A stretch of DNA of 32,000 nt from Synechococcus elongatus PCC 6301 (GTDB lineage: Bacteria; Cyanobacteriota; Cyanobacteriia; Synechococcales; Synechococcaceae): contig NC_006576.1 of NCBI RefSeq assembly GCF_000010065.1, positions 2,430,001 to 2,462,000 on the forward strand, written 5' to 3'. Below are positions 1 to 8,310 of this stretch, one piece after another; within the stretch, counting starts at the first letter, position 1, and every line of letters begins with the position of its first letter. The position numbers were made by a program, and so were the translations under genes. The notes below the pieces were generated by a model. The model worked only from the letters and a program-made list of their open reading frames with translations, was not told the DNA's origin and did not search any database.

Positions 1-4
1 ACGG

Positions 5-574
5 GTGGGCGTTTTTGTCGCCGATGGTAGCAACAACCAGCATGAGTCGTTGCTGCGCGTGCTGGGGGCCGGTGCTCTGCTGGGAGAGATGGCCCTGATC
101 GATGGGCAACCACGATCGGCGACTTGTCGGGCCTTGGAACCGACGCAACTTTACGCGGTCACTAGCCAAGATTTTCAGCAGTTGCTAACGCGATCGCCCC
201 AGTTTGTGCAGGCCTTGTTGGCAACCCTGAGCCAGCGGTTGCGCTATACCAATCAGTTCCTGAGTGAAGTGGGGGCGGGCGTGCAGCAGTTGGCAAGCGG
301 CCAGTATGCCCCCCTAGCGCAACTGCAAAGTCCAGATCACTCCCTTGAACATCTGGCAACGGCTTTTGCCCAGATGGCTCTGAGGGCGCAGCAGCGGGAA
401 GTGGCTCTGCAGGAACGGATTCGGCGTTTGGAATTAGAAGTCGATGCTTGTCGCCTCCAACAGTCTGTGGCAGAAATCACCGAGTCAGAGTTCTTCGTGC
501 ATCTCCAACAGCGGGCGCAGCAAATTCGGCGCAATCGCCACAAATCCTTGCCGCCCCAAGCCGATTCTGAATAA
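5..574 (+). CDS. C-terminal part of a cyclic-nucleotide-binding (cNMP/CRP-like) domain protein; 5' end probably outside the window
   Basis: Translation has a cNMP-binding-fold signature (LGAGALLGEMALIDGQPRSATCRALEPTQLYAVTSQDFQQLL) followed by a coiled-coil-like tail. No typical HTH is visible. The ORF is probably truncated by the window edge. Confidence 0.75.
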   Translation: MGVFVADGSNNQHESLLRVLGAGALLGEMALIDGQPRSATCRALEPTQLYAVTSQDFQQLLTRSPQFVQALLATLSQRLRYTNQFLSEVGAGVQQLASGQYAPLAQLQSPDHSLEHLATAFAQMALRAQQREVALQERIRRLELEVDACRLQQSVAEITESEFFVHLQQRAQQIRRNRHKSLPPQADSE

Positions 575-700
575 GGCGATCGCAGTTCACTACTCGCTAC
601 TGCAACAACAGAGCGGACGGAAATCCGAACTTTTCCCGACCTGCGCGGCTAGTGCAGGCTCTCCTATGATCAAGCCGTCCTGTCACTCTTTAGTTTGGGT

Positions 701-2617
701 ATGGCGATTCTAGAGCAAGGCAATATCACGATTCATACCGATAACATTTTCCCGATTATCAAAAAGTCGCTCTACTCAGAGCATGAAATCTTTTTGCGGG
801 AACTGATTTCTAATGCAGTGGATGCCATTCAAAAGCTGAAGATGGTGTCCTATGCCGGTGAATTAGAGGGTGAAATCGGTGACCCCCAAATCACACTGAG
901 TATCGATCGCGATCGCAAACAACTCAAAATTGCCGATAACGGTATTGGGATGACAGCCGATGAGATTAAGCGTTATATCAATCAAGTTGCCTTTTCAAGT
1001 GCAGAGGACTTTATTGAAAAATATAAAGGCGGAGCTGATCAGCCTATCATTGGTCACTTTGGTCTAGGCTTCTACTCAGCTTTTATTGTTGCTGATCGGG
1101 TGGAAATTGAAACCCTCTCCTATCAAAAAGGAGCGACACCTGTTCATTGGACTTGTGATGGATCTCCAAGCTTTGAACTGTCAGAGGGGAGCCGTACGGA
1201 GCGAGGAACAACGATTATTCTTAATCTTAGTGAGGAGGAGTTAGAGTACTTAGAACCTGCTCGTATTCGTCAGCTTGTTAAGACCTATTGTGACTTCATG
1301 CCCGTTCCGATCGCTTTAGAGGGAGAAGTCTTAAACAAGCAAAAAGCAATTTGGCGAGAATCAGCTGGCAATCTCAAAGAAGAAGACTACCAAGAGTTTT
1401 ATCGCTACCTGTATCCATTTCAAGATGAACCATTGTTATGGGTTCATCTCAACACAGATTACCCCTATCAAGTGAATGGTGTTCTCTATTTCCCGAAATT
1501 GCGGCCCGATATTGATCTAACTCAAGGACAAATTAAACTATTCTGCAATCAAGTCTTTGTCAGCGATCACTGTGAAGAAGTTGTGCCGCGTTTTCTCTTG
1601 CCGATGCGAGGGGTGATCGATAGTCCTGATATTCCTCTCAATGTGTCGCGCAGTGCGCTGCAAGCCGATCGCAAGGTGCGGAGTATTGCTGGCTTCATCG
1701 CCAAGAAAGTGGGCGATCGCCTCAAAGAACTCTATCGCTCGCAACGCGACCAATATCTCAATATTTGGTCAGATCTCAGCACCTTTGTGAAGTTTGGCTG
1801 TCTCAATGATCAAAAATTCAGAGAACAGGTCAAAGAGATTCTCGTTTTTCGGAGTAGTGCTGAGCTCAGCGAGGCGACCAGTAGCGATCGTGGTCAAGAT
1901 AGCCAAGGTAATTGGTACACTACTCTGCAGGCCTACCTCGAACGCAACCAGGAAAAACACGAAAATCGTGTCTATTACTGTACGGATGCTGCTAGCCAAG
2001 CCACTTACATTGAACTCTTCCGTAAAAAAGGCCTAGAGGTGCTCTACCTCGATAGCTTTATCGATAGCCACTTTGTTAGTTTGCTGGAACAAGAGTATCA
2101 GGATGTCCGCTTTTCTCGGGTTGATGCCGAGCTAGACGACACCTTACTTGAAACAGAAGAAGCTGAAATTGTTGATCCGACAACGAACAAAACGCGTAGC
2201 CAAACCCTGAAGGAATTATTTGAAGCAGCGATCGCGAATTCGCGGATTAATGTGCGCACAGAATCCTTGAAGGATACAGATGCCAGCGCGCCGCCTGCAA
2301 TGGTTTTATTGCCAGAAGCTGCACGGCGCATGCGCGAAATGAGTGCTTTCTTGGGACAAGATCCGGCTAATCTACCCGATGACCATGTCCTGCTCGTGAA
2401 TACCGCGCATCCTCTTGTCCAGAACATCCTTAGTCTGCAGCAGGGGGCTATCCTCAGCAGTGATGGACACTCTCCAAGCCAGGTCCTGGCAGAGCAGCTC
2501 TGTCGACACATCTATGACTTGGCCTTGATGACCCAAAAAGGGTTTGATGCTGAGGGAATGAAAGCCTTCATTGAGCGTTCTAATGCGGTCTTGACGGCGT
2601 TGACGACTCGCCAGTGA
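701..2617 (+). CDS. htpG: Molecular chaperone HtpG (Hsp90 family); start taken at ATG (MAILEQGN...), within 1 bp
   Basis: Hsp90 N-terminal ATPase motifs: EIFLRELISNAVDA, IADNGIGMT, GHFGLGFYSAFIVAD, and RGTTIILNL. Length about 638 aa. Confidence 0.96.
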   Translation: MAILEQGNITIHTDNIFPIIKKSLYSEHEIFLRELISNAVDAIQKLKMVSYAGELEGEIGDPQITLSIDRDRKQLKIADNGIGMTADEIKRYINQVAFSSAEDFIEKYKGGADQPIIGHFGLGFYSAFIVADRVEIETLSYQKGATPVHWTCDGSPSFELSEGSRTERGTTIILNLSEEELEYLEPARIRQLVKTYCDFMPVPIALEGEVLNKQKAIWRESAGNLKEEDYQEFYRYLYPFQDEPLLWVHLNTDYPYQVNGVLYFPKLRPDIDLTQGQIKLFCNQVFVSDHCEEVVPRFLLPMRGVIDSPDIPLNVSRSALQADRKVRSIAGFIAKKVGDRLKELYRSQRDQYLNIWSDLSTFVKFGCLNDQKFREQVKEILVFRSSAELSEATSSDRGQDSQGNWYTTLQAYLERNQEKHENRVYYCTDAASQATYIELFRKKGLEVLYLDSFIDSHFVSLLEQEYQDVRFSRVDAELDDTLLETEEAEIVDPTTNKTRSQTLKELFEAAIANSRINVRTESLKDTDASAPPAMVLLPEAARRMREMSAFLGQDPANLPDDHVLLVNTAHPLVQNILSLQQGAILSSDGHSPSQVLAEQLCRHIYDLALMTQKGFDAEGMKAFIERSNAVLTALTTRQ

Positions 2618-2665
2618 AGGGTTTAGGGGAACTCTAAACTTCACAGAACGTCATCCTAGCTATCT

Positions 2666-2700
2666 CGCCCTCAGACGTGAGCCTCGCTAAGCTGAGGGCG
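2666..2700. terminator. Possible htpG-downstream stem-loop (CGCCCTCAG ... CTGAGGGCG)
   Basis: Perfect 9-bp inverted repeat with a 17-nt loop, about 50 bp after the htpG stop. No poly-T tract. Confidence 0.4.
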
Positions 2701-2955
2701 ACGATCCATTTCGTGGTGTGGGGTATGGGGTTGACTCTGTTTTCGCGATCGCGGCGTCGCATCCCAAGCGGCCGTACCAATATTATTCCGACGTCTCGAA
2801 CTTCAAGAAGAGCTTACCTACGGGCGGGGATGGCCTTGCTTCAGCTGACTGCCTTAATTATGGTTTTGGTGTGGTTGCGCGATACCCCCCGAGGGGCTTG
2901 GGCTGAGAGCGATTGCCAAAACTCTGTCTTTTCTAGTCTCTGTCGCGATCGCTAA
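2677..2955 (+). CDS. Possible small hypothetical protein (92 aa) with one hydrophobic segment; doubtful
   Basis: ORF fills the gap between htpG and the PAS-GGDEF gene. Hydrophobic stretch MALLQLTALIMVLVWL. No family recognised. Confidence 0.25.
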   Translation: MSLAKLRATIHFVVWGMGLTLFSRSRRRIPSGRTNIIPTSRTSRRAYLRAGMALLQLTALIMVLVWLRDTPRGAWAESDCQNSVFSSLCRDR

Positions 2956-2956
2956 T

Positions 2957-5900
2957 TTATTCAATTATTTCTTCTGAAGAAGTATCTAATAAAATAATGC
3001 GATCGCGCCCCTGCTGTTTGGCTTGATACAGAGCACGATCAGCACGTTCAAGGAATTGATCAAGTGTCAGAATTTCAGGTGTCCAGACTGCAATGCCAAC
3101 ACTAATGGTAATGGCGATCGCTTGTTGAGGAAGATGGAGAGATTGCTGAATAACGAGCTGGCGGATGCGATCCATCACTTGATATGCTTGCTTCCCATTG
3201 GTTTCAGGAAGCATTAATACAAACTCATCCCCCCCCAGCCGAGCAAAAATATCCACTTCGCGAATATTTTGTTGGCAAATATTGGTCCAGAGAATTAAAA
3301 CCTGATCGCCAACCGTATGACCGTAGCTGTCATTAATTGTTTTGAAATGATCGATGTCAATGATCACTAAAGAGAGTGAAGTGTCACGTTGGATACGATA
3401 GATTCGGTTAAGTTCAGCTTGAGCAAGTGTAATAAACTGACGGCGATTCAGAATGCCAGTCAGGGCATCTGTTGTTGCCTGTTGCTGCAATTTTTGTTCT
3501 AGCTTCTTTTGTTCAGTAATGTCAGTTGAAATACCGAGTAATCCAATAATATTACTACTTTGTGCCGATTCATAGATAGGCGTTTTGATTTCTAGGTAGA
3601 CTCGTAATTGTCCATCTTTAGGGTTGACGAGATGGATTTCTTCCGTAGTCTGCTCTCCTTGGAAAACACGAGAGTCGATAGCTTGTAATAATTTTGCAGC
3701 CTCTTCGGAGAAAAAGAAAAAATCATCCTTGCCCAAGATTTCTTCCAAAGAGCGATCAACAAAATCTAAAGCCGATCTATTGGCATAGATGTAACGAAAC
3801 TGAAGGTCTTTCATATAGATATGAGAGCTGACCTGATCGAGTGCCGCTCGAAGACGTTGTGCTTCTACTAAAGCTTCTTGAAGTTGTTGTTTTGTTTTTC
3901 TCTCAGCTGTAACATCGCGCATGGCAATGACAGCGCCTAAAAATTGATTCTGATCATCAAAAAAAGGCCCACCTGAACAAACGACCCATCGTTCTGACTT
4001 GGATGGATCTTTGATCATCATTTCAACATCCTGAACTATCTCATGACGGAATGCTCTGAATAACGGTAGAGCATCAGTCGGCATAAGATCAGATCCATTG
4101 GGTTGATAGATGTTATAGAGGGCACTCCATTCGCTGGCTGAAGAGCGGGGGGGTAAGTAGCTATGCCAGCTTCTCGCAACTTGATTGAAAAGTACTAAGT
4201 TCCCTTCAGCATCGCAGGCAACTACACCATCACTCAAACTATCTAAAAGAATCCGTGTAAATTCTTGCTCACGATATAACGCTGTTTCGGCAATCTTGCG
4301 ATCGTGAATATCTAAGCAGTGACCTATGTATCCAATGAAGTTTCCATGAGTGTCGTATCTAGGGCTCCCCTCCTCAAGAATCCAACGATATTCACCATCG
4401 TGACGACGTAAACGGTATTCAGCCTTATAACTATTGTGTTGTGAGAAAGCAGTTCTGTAATTACTCAAGTAGCTTTGAAGATCTGCCGATAAAACTCCTT
4501 CAATAGACCCGCTATCTAATTCTTGCTCTAAAGAACGTCCAGTAAAGTTAAGCCAAACTGAATTGAAATAATAATGGTCTCCATTTTTGTCTGCCAACCA
4601 GATGAGAACATGCCCAGAGTTGACAACAGTGCGATAGTTTTGTTCGCTCTCTCGCAATGCCTCTTCAGCCTGCTTTCGTCTAGTGATATCAATTGTCGAC
4701 CCTACCATGCGATAAGGCTTGTTTTGTTCATCTCGAACGGCAATTCCGGTTGACTGAAACCAGCGATATTCTCCTGATTTTTGTTGAATACGATACTCCA
4801 CATCGTAAGGATATTTAGCTGATGAAGAATGAGCATCTAAAGCTGATTGAACAAAAATACGGTCATCGGGATGTAAAAGACTGAAAAAGCTTGAGATTTT
4901 TGGGGGAATGTCACCTTCTTGATACCCTAAAATTTCAAGGGAACGAGAAGAAAAATAAAGATCGCTAGTAACGAGATCCCAGTCCCAAATTGCTGCTAAA
5001 GATCCCTGAAATGCAGGCTCAAGACGCTCTACACTCTGCCGTAATAAGTCTTCAGATTTCCGGCGCTGAGTCACATCATGAATAGTGCTAATAATATGAA
5101 ACTTTGAATTTATTTTAATAAGTTTAGCTGTAACTTGTCCAATAAAATTACTCTGATCGGGACGTTGTAATCCAACTTCCAGGTCTTCACGAGAGCCTTG
5201 GGATAAGAGACAATCGATCATCCGACTGCGATCGTGCTGATTTTTCCAAAAGTTCAGATCAAGAATTGATCTTCCAATGACATTTTCTTTAGGTTGGTCA
5301 ATTAGCTCTAGAAAACTTTGATTAACCCTAACAATTAGACCATCTGAAAGTTGTGTAATTAGAATAGCATCGGGACTTACATCGAAAATTTGCTCTGTCG
5401 TTGCCTGTTCTTCTTTGCTAACAGCGATCGCTTGTTGATTTTCTGTTAAAATTAAACCAAAAGTCCACAGCGTACTTGTAATTAAAAGCTGAAAGTCAGT
5501 TGCTAACTGCAAAAAACTTAGCTGAATCCAACGATCATTGACTAAATCGAGAATTGCTAGCATAGCCATACCGCTATAAGCAAACGTAGCAATTAGAAAT
5601 ATGCTGCCCAGAAAAAGAGCTGGAATTAAAAGAAACTGCTGACGATAAAAGTAGAGAAGTCTTGCTGTTAGGCCAGAACAAAGAGCGATCGTACCTGTCA
5701 AAATAGCTTGAGAAAGCGAAGAGGCTGGAGCATTAGCTTCAATGACTCCAAGCGCTGCCCAACTACTCAAAATTGTGAGCTGAAAAGAACGTCTTCCCCA
5801 TGGATGGGGTAGACCTAGGATGTTTTGGGTCCCTAAATAGATCAGTGCTGAGCCAAGGATTAGTGCTGCATCAGCACTCACTCGGCTCACCGTATTATTG

Positions 5901-6070
5901 CTGGTAAATACGTGTAGTGCTAAACCAAGGATAAAACAGACGTTGCCAGCCCCCCAGCGATCCAGTTTGGGTGTGAACTGCATTAGGCGCGCTTGGATGG
6001 TCAGAGCAGTTGTCTGCAGACTATTGAGAATGATGAGGGTAATAGCTAAAGTCTGAAAGTCAATTTTCAT
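2957..6070 (-). CDS. Membrane-bound multi-PAS diguanylate cyclase (N-terminal 7TM-like region, about five PAS domains, GGDEF)
   Basis: Multiple hydrophobic helices in the first ~210 aa. PAS repeats (e.g. DVSPDAILITQLSDGLIVRVNQSF; AAIWDWDLVTSDLYFSSRSLEILGY; LIWLADKNGDHYYFNSVWLNFTG). PAC-like segments (VGSTIDITRRKQAEEAL). C-terminal GGDEF domain (TTDALTGILNRR...ARLGGDEFVLMLPETN...ADRALYQAKQQGRD). Confidence 0.95.
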   Translation of the reverse strand: MKIDFQTLAITLIILNSLQTTALTIQARLMQFTPKLDRWGAGNVCFILGLALHVFTSNNTVSRVSADAALILGSALIYLGTQNILGLPHPWGRRSFQLTILSSWAALGVIEANAPASSLSQAILTGTIALCSGLTARLLYFYRQQFLLIPALFLGSIFLIATFAYSGMAMLAILDLVNDRWIQLSFLQLATDFQLLITSTLWTFGLILTENQQAIAVSKEEQATTEQIFDVSPDAILITQLSDGLIVRVNQSFLELIDQPKENVIGRSILDLNFWKNQHDRSRMIDCLLSQGSREDLEVGLQRPDQSNFIGQVTAKLIKINSKFHIISTIHDVTQRRKSEDLLRQSVERLEPAFQGSLAAIWDWDLVTSDLYFSSRSLEILGYQEGDIPPKISSFFSLLHPDDRIFVQSALDAHSSSAKYPYDVEYRIQQKSGEYRWFQSTGIAVRDEQNKPYRMVGSTIDITRRKQAEEALRESEQNYRTVVNSGHVLIWLADKNGDHYYFNSVWLNFTGRSLEQELDSGSIEGVLSADLQSYLSNYRTAFSQHNSYKAEYRLRRHDGEYRWILEEGSPRYDTHGNFIGYIGHCLDIHDRKIAETALYREQEFTRILLDSLSDGVVACDAEGNLVLFNQVARSWHSYLPPRSSASEWSALYNIYQPNGSDLMPTDALPLFRAFRHEIVQDVEMMIKDPSKSERWVVCSGGPFFDDQNQFLGAVIAMRDVTAERKTKQQLQEALVEAQRLRAALDQVSSHIYMKDLQFRYIYANRSALDFVDRSLEEILGKDDFFFFSEEAAKLLQAIDSRVFQGEQTTEEIHLVNPKDGQLRVYLEIKTPIYESAQSSNIIGLLGISTDITEQKKLEQKLQQQATTDALTGILNRRQFITLAQAELNRIYRIQRDTSLSLVIIDIDHFKTINDSYGHTVGDQVLILWTNICQQNIREVDIFARLGGDEFVLMLPETNGKQAYQVMDRIRQLVIQQSLHLPQQAIAITISVGIAVWTPEILTLDQFLERADRALYQAKQQGRDRIILLDTSSEEIIE

Positions 6071-6340
6071 AAAGCCTTGGCCCTAAATCGCTCAGACCCG
6101 TCCCGTAGTGACTTGAATATAGTGTGACTTGTTCACCTCAATTCAAGCTACCGAAACAATACTGACTTATTTCATCAAAGACCCATGTATTAATAAATAT
6201 TAATAGTAATTAAAACTCTTACTTTATCTTTTAACTCTTGCTATTCCAATTAAGTATTCAACAGTAGGTGTTTTGAGGGGCTAGAAGAGTGCAATTTTTA
6301 GTTTAATCACCTCTCAAATATCCCAGCTTTTGCTGATTGA

Positions 6341-8095
6341 TTAGTAGTAGCTGCCACTCTTGCGATGATGGATGGCTGTCCGAACCTCAGGATCTTGAAC
6401 TTGACCTGATTCAACGACTGCATAGACCAGCCAATGATCGCCACATTCCATGCGATTAGCGACGCGACATTCTAACCAAGCGATGGCCTCAGCCAAGATA
6501 GGATGCCCTTGATCACTGGGGCTAGACTCAATACCCTCTAGACGATCGGCTCCAGGGCTGAAGGGTTTGAGAAAATGCTTTTGAATTGCTAGATTTTTGT
6601 CCTCGCCAAGGACATTGAGGACAAAGCGATCGCCTTGATGCAAGAGTGACTCGACGGCGCGATCGCGCGCAACTGCAACACTAATCCCTGGTGGATTAAA
6701 GGTTGCTTGTGAGACCCACGAAGCTAGCATGCCACTGCGGACATCCTCTTTTTGAGTCGTCAAAACACAGAGTGATCCGAGGATGCGTCCTACTGCTTGT
6801 GCGGTTGCTTCAGTTTCACTGTCTTGTAGTTTGGAGCTGCTTTGGCGACTCACTTGGCGGCGCTGTCGTTGCAGGGCTTGGGCGAGATCGGTGCCTGACT
6901 CTTCACAGATTTTTAGGGTTGCTGTTGTTGGTTTAAAGCGAACGCGAATCGGTTCAAAGGCAAGGCGAAAACCAGCATCTTTTAACTTGCTTTCCAGAAG
7001 ATCGATCGCTTCACCACTCCAGCCAAATGAGCCGAAAACACCGACCGGCTTATCGCGCGCAACGGTTGCCAAAATTGTCCCCAACGCCGTTTGGATGGGT
7101 GTGGGTGCATGGCCTCCCAAAGTTGGGGATCCAATCACAACGCCGTCGCACCTTTCCAGTGTTCGGCGGATGTCATCCATGCTTTCAACTTCGCAATTTA
7201 AAGCTTCCACCCGAACGCCCGCCTTGGTAATTCCTTGGGCGATCGCCTCTGCGATCGTGGCAGTGCTGCCATAGGCCGAAGCATAGAGCAGCGCTACCAT
7301 CTGTGGTTGTTGAAGTTGGCGATCGCTCCAACTGACATAGGCCGCTGTCAAATCGTGCAGGCCGTAGCGAATCAGCGGACCATGGCTGGGAGCATACCCT
7401 TGGATAGGTAGGCGGCTAAATTTAGCCAACACCGTCTGCACTTGGCGGACTTGGGGTGCCATGACGCAGTCAAAGTAGTAGCGCTGATCCTCGCGGAACG
7501 AAGTCCAGCCTTGATCAAAAATTTGGTCTTGGCATAGGTGTGCCGCAAAGAACTTATCAGAGAGCAGCCAACCTGTTTGCTCATCCAAAACGCAAAGCCC
7601 ATCCGGCCAGCGCGGAATCGGCGTCGGCAGCAGTTGCAGAACCTTGCCCCGTCCGAGATCAAGACTTTCTTCTGTCCGGATAATCTTTAGATCTAAGGGT
7701 GGGATGGGGGCTTCTTGTGCCTCGACTTGCCAGAGCTTTTCAAGGGCTTGGGCGGCTGGATTCGAGACGATCACCTGCAACCCAGGATTGAGACGCATCA
7801 ACTCCTTGAGGGTGCTAACGCGGTTGGGGCTGACGTGACTGAGGAGCACCGCATCGAGCTCACCAATCGGGCATTGAGCTTCAAGGCGATTGAGGAAAAT
7901 TTCAGTAAAGGAAGCGCCGGGCGGGTTGATCAGAATCGTGCGATCGCCCTGCACAAGGTAGGCATTGCTGGTTGTGCCATGCCCAAGGCCATACTCCACT
8001 TCAAAGCGCAGACGTTCCCAGCTTCGAGCCCGCAGCACCATCAGTCCTGCAGCCACCCAGCTCGGTTGGATATCGCGGTGACGTCCTTCGCTCAT
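6341..8095 (-). CDS. flv1: Flavodiiron protein, Flv1-like (metallo-beta-lactamase-like domain with substituted ligands, flavodoxin domain, flavin reductase domain)
   Basis: Flavodoxin motif (MVALLYASAYGSTATIAEAIAQGITKAGV) and C-terminal flavin-reductase-like domain. The MBL region has HVSPNR in place of HxExDH. The ORF extends to 8152, but MSEGRHRD at 8095 is the likelier start. Confidence 0.9.
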   Translation of the reverse strand: MSEGRHRDIQPSWVAAGLMVLRARSWERLRFEVEYGLGHGTTSNAYLVQGDRTILINPPGASFTEIFLNRLEAQCPIGELDAVLLSHVSPNRVSTLKELMRLNPGLQVIVSNPAAQALEKLWQVEAQEAPIPPLDLKIIRTEESLDLGRGKVLQLLPTPIPRWPDGLCVLDEQTGWLLSDKFFAAHLCQDQIFDQGWTSFREDQRYYFDCVMAPQVRQVQTVLAKFSRLPIQGYAPSHGPLIRYGLHDLTAAYVSWSDRQLQQPQMVALLYASAYGSTATIAEAIAQGITKAGVRVEALNCEVESMDDIRRTLERCDGVVIGSPTLGGHAPTPIQTALGTILATVARDKPVGVFGSFGWSGEAIDLLESKLKDAGFRLAFEPIRVRFKPTTATLKICEESGTDLAQALQRQRRQVSRQSSSKLQDSETEATAQAVGRILGSLCVLTTQKEDVRSGMLASWVSQATFNPPGISVAVARDRAVESLLHQGDRFVLNVLGEDKNLAIQKHFLKPFSPGADRLEGIESSPSDQGHPILAEAIAWLECRVANRMECGDHWLVYAVVESGQVQDPEVRTAIHHRKSGSYY

Positions 8096-8310
8096 GCCAG
8101 TCCTCTCCTCACCGATCGCTCGCAAGCCATTCTGCTCCCCTGCCCTTTGCACTCTATCCTCTTTGACTGTGGCGTTCTTGGTCTGACGCTAGTGAACTCA
8201 GAGTTCCTGTCCTAGATGGAGAACGGGATGACTCTCCTGAGTCAGCGATCGCCGGGTTAATCAGTCGGTTTTGAGTCAAGGCGATCGCTTATCGCTTCCA
8301 GTCAGCAGCC

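Noticed and set aside
6123-6137. TGTGA...TCACC resembling a CRP/SyCRP1 site upstream of the PAS-GGDEF gene
   Set aside because: The half-sites are separated by 5 nt rather than the 6 nt of the TGTGAN6TCACA consensus, and the right half is imperfect.
6189-6204. ATTAAT-AAAT-ATTAAT palindrome upstream region between flv1 and the PAS-GGDEF gene
   Set aside because: Self-complementary A/T words are expected by chance in AT-rich intergenic DNA, and nothing else supports an operator.
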